A program made the translations under genes and the position numbers. From an uncultured bacterium (GTDB taxonomy: Bacteria > Hydrothermota > Tepidihabitantia > SM23-42 > JAOAFX01), in NCBI GenBank assembly GCA_964559225.1, contig CAZLGA010000003.1, positions 2,619 through 66,618 on the forward strand: a DNA stretch of 64,000 bases, in the 5' to 3' direction. The notes under the pieces were generated by a model. That model saw nothing but the letters and a program-made list of their open reading frames with translations. It searched no databases and was not told the DNA's origin. Positions 1 through 10,229 of the stretch are shown here, piece after piece; positions within the stretch are counted from its first letter, which is position 1, and each line of letters opens with the position of its first letter.

Positions 1-2
1 AT

Positions 3-722
3 ACTGGGTCAAAGATATTCTTAAATCTTGATGATAATGTCGTAGGAAATCCTAAATACGCTAAAGAATTATTCCAGGCGCTTGCACCTTTGAAGATTGA
101 ATGGGGCGGGCAGAGCACAATAAATATTGCCAGAGATGACGAGTTGTTGGAATTGTGTTCGCGGTCGGGTTGTAAAGGCTTATTCATTGGGGTTGAATCA
201 ATATCAACAAAGGGCTCTGCGGGTTTTCAAAAAACCTTAAAGACAATCAAGGAAAATCTTGATGCGGTAAAAAAGATTCAGGATGCAGGCATATTGTTCC
301 ATCCTTCTTTCGTGTTCGGCCTAGATGATGATACAAAAGATATATTTGAGAAAACCCTTGATTTCTTATACAAGGCGAGAATAACAACTGCAACCTTTAA
401 CATTCTGACACCATATCCTGGCACACGGCTCTATCATCGGCTTAAAAACGAAGGCAGACTTCTCACCGAGGACTGGAGTAAGTATAATCATTCAACAGTG
501 GTATTCAAACCAAAAAATATGACGGTTGATGAACTGATTGAGGGCTACCATTTTTTGAAAAAAGAATTTTACACAATATCAAATATATGTAAAAGAATTT
601 GTAGATTAGGAGACATTTCAAATGCGGGGTTGGTTCAATTCTTTTATGCAGTTTTTAACAATATTGCTGGAAGAAAGATAACGGCAGAATCTGCACAAAG
701 TAATTACACAGGTCGGGCATAG
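3..722 (+). CDS. B12-binding-type radical SAM protein, C-terminal part (5' end outside window)
   Basis: Frame open from position 3 (TGSKIFLNLDDNVVGNPKYAKELF...) into the listed ORF; DDN, LFIGVES, SFVFGLDDD, TPYPGT motifs typical of this class. Confidence 0.75.
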   Translation, partial: TGSKIFLNLDDNVVGNPKYAKELFQALAPLKIEWGGQSTINIARDDELLELCSRSGCKGLFIGVESISTKGSAGFQKTLKTIKENLDAVKKIQDAGILFHPSFVFGLDDDTKDIFEKTLDFLYKARITTATFNILTPYPGTRLYHRLKNEGRLLTEDWSKYNHSTVVFKPKNMTVDELIEGYHFLKKEFYTISNICKRICRLGDISNAGLVQFFYAVFNNIAGRKITAESAQSNYTGRA

Positions 723-3457
723 AAAAAATCATCTTTTAAATAACCTTTTATTTGAAGAATCGGCATTATTAACTCTTCGCTCGGTTTTTCAAACATAATC
801 ACTTCAAGGTGACCGGTCTCATCATCCACTGTGTAGAATGACATATACTTTTTGGTTCGGGTAAGAATCGTTCTTTTTGCTATCACCAGACAGGTCAAAC
901 GGGTCTGGTTTTGCATAGATTGTATATCGGAAATCCTTATCTGTCGCTCAGGATGTAAAAATTCTAAGATGTGCATCATAGGAAAAAATCCCAATACATT
1001 AAATTGAGATTGTAATTTCAATTGCTGGTTAAAATCATTAAATTCTTTGTCAGACAATTCCTCCTTTATAAAAACTTCCTGCCCTGCTGACTTTTTCCGA
1101 TTATTTTGATAAAGAGATCTCAAAAGTATAAAATATAGCTCGGTCCATGATTTACCAAATAAATCCATTGCCCCGGATTTTATCAGGTTTGTCCCTTCTT
1201 CAATATCTAATTTTACAAGTGAATAGAACTGTTCCGGATTATGAAAAGGTCTAAACTTTAATATTTTCTTAATCGTTGTATGAGATAAATTTCTTATTCT
1301 ACAAAGTCCAACGACCAGTGAGCCATCTTTTATAGAAAATCCATATTCACTTCTATTTATATCCGGACCGATAAGCTTTATCCCCCATCTCCTGAGTTCA
1401 TTTATATAGGCATATAGCGGATAATAACCACCTTCGTTATTCAACAGTCTGCAAAAAAATTCCAGTGGATTATAAAATTTCTGGTATGCAGAGAGATAGG
1501 CAAGTGTAGCATAGGTAATACTGTGTGCTTTATTGAAGCCGAAAGAAGAAAAAGCAGAAATTCTTTGCCATACCTTATCAATTTCTTTCTCGGTATATCC
1601 CAGTTTTTTTGCTTGATTAAAAAATCTGTCCGATATATTGTTCATTAAATTTGAGTCTCGTTCTTTAGTCATTGCCCTTCGTAGAAGGTCGGCATCCTCT
1701 AAATTGAATCCGGCGAAGCGATTTGACATATTAAGAATCTGCTCCTGATATACAGGTATACCCAGAGTCTCTTCCAGAATATCTTTGAGGTCTGAATGTG
1801 GATAATCTATTCTTTCTTTCTTGCCCAAACGCCTTAAAAATTTTTCTTTCATTCCGCCCCGTGCTGGTCCTGGTCTTATAATAGCAATCGCATTAGCAAT
1901 ATCCATTAAACTTTTGGGTTTTATTTTTTTTAGAACCTGCCTTACCATTGGACTTTCAATTTGAAAACAACCAAGGGTCTTTCCTTCAGAAATAAATTTG
2001 TATATATCATTGTCATTAAAATCTATTCCTTCTCTCTTGAGATAAAGTGCAGGAAAACCCCGTACCCCGAGAATATCAATTTTTACAAGCCCGGCAATAC
2101 CAATACCATCTTTGTCAAAATGGGTTATTGGACCAAGAGGGCTGTTATAAAGTGGAGCATATTTAAAGACAGGTTCAGGGGTGATAACGATGCCACTTGG
2201 ATGAGATGCAAAATATCTTGGATAACCATCAATTCTTTTCACAAATTCCATTATTTGATTAATCAATTTTTCACCGAAGTGGTCTTTGATTCTTTTCAAT
2301 TCTGCTGGTGCTACACCACAGGCACGCGCTGAATCCCTGAAACCAGATCTGGTCTGGAATCGGTTTATCATAGAAATCCGTGCTACATAATCGTTGCCGA
2401 ATTTTTTATATATTTCACTTATCAAATATTCGCGCTGATTGAATTCCACATCAAGGTCTATATCTGGTGGTTCATTTCTTTTTTGATTCAAAAATCTTTC
2501 AAAAGGCAGATTATATTTTAATGGATTAACAATCGAAAGGCTGAGCAGATATAAAATAAAAGAAGATGCCGCAGAGCCCCGCACATTCATACCAATTCCT
2601 TTCTCTTTTGCAAATTCTTTTAGTTCATAAATTAAAACAAAATATGGTTCAAAACCCGTTTCTCTTATAATTCTGTATTCAAATTCTACCCTTCTCTTCT
2701 CATTTATGGTCAATCTATTATAAAATGGTTTGATAATTTCAATCAATCCCTGCTTTGTTTCCGGAAAAATCCAGGATTCTGCCATGGGAATATATGTGCA
2801 CTGCTCGGCAATTTTAAAAAGATTTTTGACCGCCTCAGGATTTGCATCATAAATTTTGATAAATTTATCGGGTTTAATCAAATAAGAAATTTTTGTATCT
2901 CCGTCTTCGGTTTTAAATTTTTTTATTATGGACAAAAGTCTATAAATAATCCTGTCTTGAGGGTTGACATAAAATATTTCATTGGCACCAATAATAGGAA
3001 TTTTTTTATCTGGGATAAAACAGACACCCGGGGATAAAAGAAAATAAATATCTGCAAATGCTGATGACAAATTATCAATGATATTTAAAGAATTGGATGT
3101 AAGAATCAAACCAGATGAGTGTTCTTTTATAAAATTTGTATCAAGTTTTCTGAAGGCAAGATGAGTAAGAATCTGACATAAATTAATATAACCAGTTTTG
3201 TTCTTTATGAAAAGATAGAAATTAACTTTGTTTACGGAACTAAAGGCACTACTCCGGATTGGTATGGATATCCTTGCACCAATAATCGGTTTTATTTTAT
3301 AATCAGCAGCAAGTTTTAAAAATTCATTTAATCCAAAAAATGTATCATCCACAATACCACAGGCAGGAATTTGATATGCTTTCAGCGTTTCAAACAAGGT
3401 TATAAAATCAGAACCACCTAAACCGTAGTTGCTGTGATAAAGAAGGGGGAAATACAT
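704..3457 (-). CDS. dnaE2: Error-prone DNA polymerase III alpha subunit (DnaE2/ImuC type), short 917 aa
   Basis: PHP-like N-terminus, GMNVRGSAASS, RNEPPDIDLDVE, HPSGIVI, KIDILG, GCFQIESP, FGFNKAHS; downstream of lexA-dinB. Confidence 0.85.
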   Translation of the reverse strand: MYFPLLYHSNYGLGGSDFITLFETLKAYQIPACGIVDDTFFGLNEFLKLAADYKIKPIIGARISIPIRSSAFSSVNKVNFYLFIKNKTGYINLCQILTHLAFRKLDTNFIKEHSSGLILTSNSLNIIDNLSSAFADIYFLLSPGVCFIPDKKIPIIGANEIFYVNPQDRIIYRLLSIIKKFKTEDGDTKISYLIKPDKFIKIYDANPEAVKNLFKIAEQCTYIPMAESWIFPETKQGLIEIIKPFYNRLTINEKRRVEFEYRIIRETGFEPYFVLIYELKEFAKEKGIGMNVRGSAASSFILYLLSLSIVNPLKYNLPFERFLNQKRNEPPDIDLDVEFNQREYLISEIYKKFGNDYVARISMINRFQTRSGFRDSARACGVAPAELKRIKDHFGEKLINQIMEFVKRIDGYPRYFASHPSGIVITPEPVFKYAPLYNSPLGPITHFDKDGIGIAGLVKIDILGVRGFPALYLKREGIDFNDNDIYKFISEGKTLGCFQIESPMVRQVLKKIKPKSLMDIANAIAIIRPGPARGGMKEKFLRRLGKKERIDYPHSDLKDILEETLGIPVYQEQILNMSNRFAGFNLEDADLLRRAMTKERDSNLMNNISDRFFNQAKKLGYTEKEIDKVWQRISAFSSFGFNKAHSITYATLAYLSAYQKFYNPLEFFCRLLNNEGGYYPLYAYINELRRWGIKLIGPDINRSEYGFSIKDGSLVVGLCRIRNLSHTTIKKILKFRPFHNPEQFYSLVKLDIEEGTNLIKSGAMDLFGKSWTELYFILLRSLYQNNRKKSAGQEVFIKEELSDKEFNDFNQQLKLQSQFNVLGFFPMMHILEFLHPERQIRISDIQSMQNQTRLTCLVIAKRTILTRTKKYMSFYTVDDETGHLEVIMFEKPSEELIMPILQIKGYLKDDFFYARPV

Positions 3458-3550
3458 AGTAAAATGCCTAAATGCCTAAAGTTAGTAGATATTAAATTTA
3501 GCCGATAAAAGATACCATAGAACGATACGGGCCGCGATACCGTATAACAA

Positions 3551-4768
3551 TTAACCATAAAACCCTTTTTGAAATTTCGAATTCAGACATTTGAGATTGT
3601 CCGGAGTTTGAGTTGGGATGCTGGATTTGACAGAAAATATCTTTGCGGGCAATATTGAATTAAAGCCGAACCTTGCGCGTGCCTTATCCAAAGCGTAGTT
3701 AAAGCAATTCAATCGGTTTTCATTAGAAAAAAATATTGAAAGTTGGTGTCCATTGTATTCAAAAAGTGAGAGGGAAGCGCCGATAAGTCTTACCCGCTTG
3801 TTTTCTTTTAATAATATATTCTGTAATACAGGCAGACAAATTCTATAAATAACCTGCTGGGAATTAGTGCTTGAAGGCAATCTTACCCTGCGCGTAGTCG
3901 TTTTAAAGTCTGAAAACCTTATCTTCAAGGTGCATAATCTGGTACCAAACCCATTTTCTCTCAATCTCTGGCAGAGAGATTCAAGCAGTTCATAAAACAC
4001 AGAGGTTATCAATTCTAAATTTTTAGTATCTTCTATAAGGGTTGTTTCCTGACTCATTGACTTCATACCATGCAAAATTTTGTAATCCCCACCTGAGACG
4101 AATGATTTGATAGCAAGACAATGTTTACCCATCGCGGTCTTCAGGATCCAGTCTGGTGCGCTAAAAAATTCTCCGACCGTATTTATATTCAAATTTTTTA
4201 ACACCTCAAATGTCTTTGGTCCAATACCCAGCAGGACATCAACAGGCAGAAGAAAGAGAAAATTCTTTTCTTGTTCGGGTGTTATCATTAGTAAACCATC
4301 GGGTTTTGACCGATCACACACTATCTTTGCAATTACCTTTGTTCGGGCAATCCCTATAGAACAGGGAAGTTTCAGGCAGCTCCTGATCTCCTGCTTTAAT
4401 TTTTTTGCCAATTCCAGGGGTGTTCCCAACAATCTTTCTGTGCCCTTTATATTAATGAATGCTTCGTCAATAGATGCTATTTCTACAATGGGTGAATAAT
4501 GGTAAAGTAATTGTTTAAATTTTTGAGAAACTTCTTCATAATAAGTAAATTTTGGCCTCAAAAAAATTGCACCCGGACATAGTTTGTATGCCTTAGATAT
4601 TGGCATTCCAGACCTTATTCCAAATTTCCTTGCCTCGTAAGATACAGAAGCGACAACCCCCCGTTCACCAGGAAGGGCGCCAACAATTACAGGTTTGCCA
4701 TTTAGTTCTGGATTCAATGCCCGCTCTACCGAGACGAAGAAAGCATCAAGGTCAATACATAGATACAT
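3551..4768 (-). CDS. dinB: DNA polymerase IV (Y family)
   Basis: CIDLDAFFVSVE, SYEARKFGIRSGMP, SIDEAF catalytic motifs intact; little-finger LKIRFSDFKT. Confidence 0.9.
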   Translation of the reverse strand: MYLCIDLDAFFVSVERALNPELNGKPVIVGALPGERGVVASVSYEARKFGIRSGMPISKAYKLCPGAIFLRPKFTYYEEVSQKFKQLLYHYSPIVEIASIDEAFINIKGTERLLGTPLELAKKLKQEIRSCLKLPCSIGIARTKVIAKIVCDRSKPDGLLMITPEQEKNFLFLLPVDVLLGIGPKTFEVLKNLNINTVGEFFSAPDWILKTAMGKHCLAIKSFVSGGDYKILHGMKSMSQETTLIEDTKNLELITSVFYELLESLCQRLRENGFGTRLCTLKIRFSDFKTTTRRVRLPSSTNSQQVIYRICLPVLQNILLKENKRVRLIGASLSLFEYNGHQLSIFFSNENRLNCFNYALDKARARFGFNSILPAKIFSVKSSIPTQTPDNLKCLNSKFQKGFYG

Positions 4769-4866
4769 ATATTAAATCCCAAACAAGTTCCAACTTCTGA
4801 ATCCCAAAACCCAAAACTCAATCAACAACAAACCAATAAGTTTAGGTATTTAGGCATTTTGGATTT

Positions 4867-5430
4867 TTAGGTATTAATTTTTCTTACCACCCCAATCACC
4901 TTCCCAATTACCTCAAACTGTCTTTCTATCACAGGATAGGTATCATTTTCAGGTCGCAAAATAAAAATTCCATTAATCTTTTTCAATCTTTTTATCGTTG
5001 TCTCGCCCTCAACAATTGCCACGATTATATCTCCATCCTCAGCAATCTTATCAGGGCGGACAACCACAAGGTCTCCATCATATATATGGGCATTTACCAT
5101 ACTATCGCCCTTTACCTTTAATAAAAAGCAATCCTGCCAGGAAAGTGGATTAAAATAACCCTCAATCTCTTCAAATGCGAGTTCAGGTGTTCCTGCAGCC
5201 ACCCTGCCAACTATTGGTATCTTCTTGGGTTCTATTCTCAACCCCCTTGCCTTTGTTTCGTTTTTTATTATCAATCCATCTTTTGCGAGATTATCTATAT
5301 GGACCTTCACTGCCTTGGTACTTTTCAATCCTACCATTTTGGCAATCTCCCGGATTGTTGGAGGATAACCATAATCCCTTAAAAAATCCTGGATAGCCTT
5401 GAGAACCTGTTTTCTTCTATTTAACCTCAT
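4867..5430 (-). CDS. lexA: LexA repressor
   Basis: wHTH GYPPTIREIA, cleavage site VAAG, VKGDSM (Ser), TIKR (Lys); SD GAGGAGG upstream. Confidence 0.93.
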   Translation of the reverse strand: MRLNRRKQVLKAIQDFLRDYGYPPTIREIAKMVGLKSTKAVKVHIDNLAKDGLIIKNETKARGLRIEPKKIPIVGRVAAGTPELAFEEIEGYFNPLSWQDCFLLKVKGDSMVNAHIYDGDLVVVRPDKIAEDGDIIVAIVEGETTIKRLKKINGIFILRPENDTYPVIERQFEVIGKVIGVVRKINT

Positions 5431-5511
5431 AAAAACCTCCTCAGATAAATCAAATACCTATTTAAATTCATATTGAGCCATTTTAAGCCTTTTATCCCAT
5501 TTTCTCTTATT

Positions 5512-5529
5512 TGTAAACATTTGTTTACA
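5512..5529. promoter_or_regulatory. Putative LexA operator TGTAAACA-TT-TGTTTACA
   Basis: Perfect 8-bp inverted repeat 6 nt downstream of the lexA -10 hexamer, over the expected start site. Confidence 0.65.
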
Positions 5530-5534
5530 TATAC

Positions 5535-5562
5535 ATTATAATCAAAATTTTGAAAACGTCAA
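5535..5562 (-). promoter_or_regulatory. sigma70-type promoter of lexA operon
   Basis: TTGACG(5562-5557)-N16-TATAAT(5540-5535). Confidence 0.75.
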
Positions 5563-5583
5563 GGGGTAAAATGCATTTTACCC

Positions 5584-5611
5584 TTGACAAAGTGCAATTT
5601 TTCAATATAAT
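5584..5611 (+). promoter_or_regulatory. sigma70-type promoter for island / rpsU operon
   Basis: TTGACA(5584-5589)-N16-TATAAT(5606-5611). Confidence 0.75.
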
Positions 5612-5727
5612 ATATTTAGAATGGCTAAAATCCTTAGGCCATCGCCCATAATTTTAATATCAAGGCGATTTTTTTGTTTTTATGTCATTGTTACACGGAA
5701 CGATGAGACAAAATTTGAAAAAGAGAT

Positions 5728-7218
5728 ATGATGGCTATGAAAAGAGAAAATTTTAACCTGTTTCACCTTGTGCCTTGTGTTTTGGTTTTGTTTATTTTTA
5801 TCAACACAAGCTTTTCACAGATAACCTGGCAGCGGACATACGGAGGAATAGATTTTGAGTTAGGTTATTGTGTTGACCAAACTGCTGATAACGGATATAT
5901 AGGAGTAGGAATATCTAATTCTTTTGGAAATTATATACAGGTTTATCTCGTAAAAACCGATTCTTTAGGGGATACTTTGTGGACAAGAACTTACGGCGGC
6001 TCAGGGGGGGATTATGGTTATTCTGTTTGTCAAACCACTGATGGTGGTTATATAATTACTGGATCCACTAGTAGTTTTGGAAATGGAAACCAGATTTATC
6101 TCATTAAGACTGATTCTATAGGTGATACACTTTGGACAAAAACCTATGGGGGGCCGGGTAGTGAGATGGGATACTCGCTTCAACAGACTACTGATGGTGG
6201 ATATATCATTGTTGGGTATACTAATTCATTTGGAAACGGGGCTCAGGTATATTTACTTAAAACCGACTCTCTTGGCGATACATTATGGACTAAAATTTAT
6301 GGAAGCCCAGGACACGATAAAGGTTTTTCTGTGCAACAAACTCGTGATGGAGGATATATCATTGGCGGATATTGGAATTCACCGGTTGATAAGGATCCAG
6401 TTTGTCTTATTAAAACTGATTCCCTGGGTGATACTCTTTGGGTAAAAACCTACGGTTCAGATTGGTGTTTTGGCTATTCAGCTAAAGAAACCTTTGATGG
6501 CGGATATGTTATTGTGGGAGTGCATTCGAATGCATATGTGGTAAAGACTGATTCTATTGGAGATACGCTTTGGACTCGAGTATATAGGTGGAAAGATGGC
6601 GCAAGAGGTTATTTTGTTCAGCAAACGCAAGACAGCTGTTATATCATCGCGGGGTGGGCGATGGAACTCGTACAATATGAAGAACATTATTATTGTTACC
6701 TTCTAAAAATCGATTCAAATGGTGATACGCTCTGGAGCAAAGTCTATGGAATGGGAATGAGCGACGACGGGTTTCGTTGTGTTAATCAGACTAACGATGG
6801 TGGTTACATCGCTGTGGGTGCCACCGCCGCCTTTGGAGATAACTACCAACTGTATTTGGTCAAGACCGACCAGGATGGGAATGTGGCAGGGATAGAAGAA
6901 AGAGGTTGTGCGCAGCGGTTATCTACCCAACCGCGACTGTTGGTTTACTCAAATCCCTTTTCTGGAAAGACAACCATCAAATTCCAAATTCTAAATCCGA
7001 AATCCGAAGTAAATTCTAAATCACAAACTTCACTAAAAATTTATGATGCACAAGGAAGATTGGTTAGACAATGGGGCTATAAGACAATTAGACAATCAGA
7101 CAAAATTACTTGGGATGGAACCGATGATAGTGGGAATCTGCTTTCACCTGGAGTCTATTTCTGTCGATTGGAAACCAATGAATCTGCAGTAACGACAAAA
7201 GTCATAAAGTTGGAATAA
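5728..7218 (+). CDS. Secreted beta-propeller-type repeat protein with FlgD/T9SS-like C-terminal domain (paralog 1)
   Basis: Signal peptide (TSFS/QITW), about seven repeats QTxDGGYIIxG...YLxKTDSxGDTLWTxTYG, C-terminal KIYDAQGRLVR...WDGTDDSG...PGVYF. Confidence 0.75.
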   Translation: MMAMKRENFNLFHLVPCVLVLFIFINTSFSQITWQRTYGGIDFELGYCVDQTADNGYIGVGISNSFGNYIQVYLVKTDSLGDTLWTRTYGGSGGDYGYSVCQTTDGGYIITGSTSSFGNGNQIYLIKTDSIGDTLWTKTYGGPGSEMGYSLQQTTDGGYIIVGYTNSFGNGAQVYLLKTDSLGDTLWTKIYGSPGHDKGFSVQQTRDGGYIIGGYWNSPVDKDPVCLIKTDSLGDTLWVKTYGSDWCFGYSAKETFDGGYVIVGVHSNAYVVKTDSIGDTLWTRVYRWKDGARGYFVQQTQDSCYIIAGWAMELVQYEEHYYCYLLKIDSNGDTLWSKVYGMGMSDDGFRCVNQTNDGGYIAVGATAAFGDNYQLYLVKTDQDGNVAGIEERGCAQRLSTQPRLLVYSNPFSGKTTIKFQILNPKSEVNSKSQTSLKIYDAQGRLVRQWGYKTIRQSDKITWDGTDDSGNLLSPGVYFCRLETNESAVTTKVIKLE

Positions 7219-10200
7219 ATCAGAAGATAAAATGGCTATACAACGAAGTTTTTTGATGTTTATTGTAGTCTTGCTCTGCTCAGGTATTGTGCGATTTGCA
7301 CAATCTGCGACACTCTGTTATGGGTTTACCAGGGTAGAGGGTGTCCGGACCAATGGAGTCCAAATCAAGGCAGTTTATCAGAATGACACAAGCATTGTGC
7401 TGGATACGGTGAGTTATCACCATCCAGCTTATGGTGATGGATATTTTCATATGTCTCGGTCTGGTGTGCTTCCTGCCGGTAAATATAATGTTCACTTTGA
7501 GTATGGCAATTATCTTAGAAACAAAGTCATTTTCTATGACCCTGAAATAGGTCCGGTGAATATGGGTGATGTGGGGTTGGTGCAGGTGGAATATTATAGT
7601 GATGATACGATAATTATTCTGAGAAATATTCAGATGGAGGCAGTGTTTAAAAGACAGAATGGTATAATTCGGGGATTAACAGTTAAAGGCCATAGTGGTC
7701 TATTATCTTTAACTCAACCCGGGCAGATAATCTTGCGCGATACATTGATTTCTACCGAATTCCAGCAGACCAATGGCACAGTTACGCATATTGATACGAA
7801 CATAATTTCTCCAAACCGGGTGCAGGTTGTCTTTGAAGTTAATTTCCCATATCACAGAGCAACAATAAACTACACAATGGATACATTATCTTTAAGGTGG
7901 GACAGTGAGGTCTGGCTACAGAATGTGAGTCCTTCTAATGACCGGGCATTGCGCCTTGATTTTTCCCTGCCCTTGCTTGATAAGATGAACTATGCATTCT
8001 GGGCTGATGAGAATGCACCATACAAAATAGAAGATTATTTTTATAAAGAAATTAGATATCGGCAAAACTGGTGTGTTTTACCTGCGGTAATCCTTTATGA
8101 TACGATATTGGATTACGGTATTTCTTTTGTCTGTCCGTTTGAGGGAAAGAAGCCGGCGTTGGCGTTCAGGTTAAAGAAGAGTCCAAGCGTGGATACATTT
8201 CGGATTTCTTATAATTATTTGAGGATGGGCAGGCAGAGTGGTAAGCATGCTCAGGCATCTTTATATCTTGTGCCGCAGGCAGGTGATTGGCGTCCTGGTC
8301 TTGCCTGGATGCTTGACCGCTATTCAGAATACTTCAAACCCCATCCCAATTCAAATGTTCTTGAAAATGAGGGAAGATTTTTCATGAGTGGCACCTGGAC
8401 CTGGAAAGAGATGTTTATATTTGATACCTGCGAAACCTTTAAGGTAAAATGGACCGAATACTATAGCAAGCCATTCTTTGGGCTTTATGCACCACAGGAC
8501 CGTTCCCAGTGGAGGGTGGTAGGCGATAATGAAACTGGGCTTACATACTATCAGTGGTTTATTGATTCTATGTATCATCCTAACACCAGTTATGTAGGCA
8601 CGAGGCGAATAATTGATTCCTTTTATGTCCATGGGGTTGGAACCTATCCATACTTCAATGCCAGTGAGGTATGGAGGAAGTGGGTGGCGACGAGTGGTGA
8701 TACATTCCCATTTGATAGTTGCATAGCAAAATATGCAAATGGTGATACAATTACTGGATTCAAACAATGCTGGACAATGAATCCAGATACGAATCTATGT
8801 CCTGAAAATATACCCTCCTGGTCCGCACATATTGATTCCCAGTGCGCCGCAGTTTTGGATAGTTATCCACAAGCTGCAGGCATCTTCCTTGACCGTGATG
8901 ACTACCAGGATTATGACTATGCCCATAATGATAGTGTCTCAATGATAAATACTACCCCGGTCTATATGCTTGGATTTGCCCTGGAAGAGATAAATGAAAA
9001 GATCTGCCGGAGGGTGCATAATAAAAATAAGAGTATAATGGCCAATGGTCCTTCTGGTATTGAGGTCTGTAAAAATATGGATGCAATAATGAGCGAGGAG
9101 TACTTTCCACCCTTGGGTTCTGCCCAGTATCTTGGTCTTGCCAGACCGATGGTCTTGATGGTTGCGGATACACTGGCAAGACAGACTGAGTTGAAAGACA
9201 AATCTGCATTGTATTCAGGTTATTTCCCGAGTCTTGAGCATCGGGTAAAAGAGTCTATGAGTCGGGTGATTGACCGAAAGTATAATCCACTCTTTGAGTT
9301 ATATAAAGGGAGGTCCTGGGTGCTACATCCCCATGCACTTCGGTTGCCTTCAGGAACCAAGGGCAATATTTTTAAGGCCTTAAATAATGACTTACTCATT
9401 CCGATGGTGAGTATGGAAAAGTCGCAGTTATTGCCTGACCCATTTTTTTATGATCTCAAAGTAAAGGTCTCAGTTCCTGATTTGAATGAATATGACCATT
9501 GTTATATCTTATCCGGTGATTATATTGGTCCAAGGTGGGTTTATTATTCTCCTTCTAATCAGGGGTTTCTTACTGTGCCCGAGCATATGGTATCGTCTCT
9601 AATTCAATTATCCAGAGACCCGCGGTATGAATATTCACTAATGAGTTTACCGGTGCTTGTCCGGGGTAGACCAGGAAGATTTAAAATAAGGGTGCAGAAC
9701 CTTGAGTCTGGGATTAAGACTTATACTCTATCAATCATCACGCCGTTTAGGAGTTATAATGTGCGCACCTTCCGGTTGCGGCAATATGAATATCGGGATG
9801 TCCAGTATGATTTTACCATTCCTGAGACCCATCCTTTAGGTGAAGATTCGTTTCTGGTTATAAATACTGCCCCGACCCCTGATGATACAGCATTATTTAC
9901 CAATTGGATTGTTGACCAGGTTAGTTTTGGTTTGCCGGAGAGATTATTTATAAAGTTTCCTTTGGGTGATTCCTTTAATTTAACTCTGGTGAATAATACT
10001 GCAGATACAATGCATCAGATGCGATTGGGTTATACATTTACCCAGGGTCATGGTAGAATAGAATGGGGACCAAAGTCATTTTCTTTAAATCCCTTTGAGA
10101 AAAAGGAGTTGCCTGTAGAGATTGATGTTAGAGACACCTGCGGTGTGATTAAAATTATCGCCACGAGTGCTGGTGATACAGTAGGGAGTATTACAAGACC

Positions 10201-10229
10201 GGTTAAACGGGCAATGCGACCAACACCCG
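6880..10229 (+). repeat. 3350-bp direct repeat, copy 1
   Basis: Matches 11485-14834 (offset 4605); translations identical, no mismatch noticed by eye. Confidence 0.9.
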
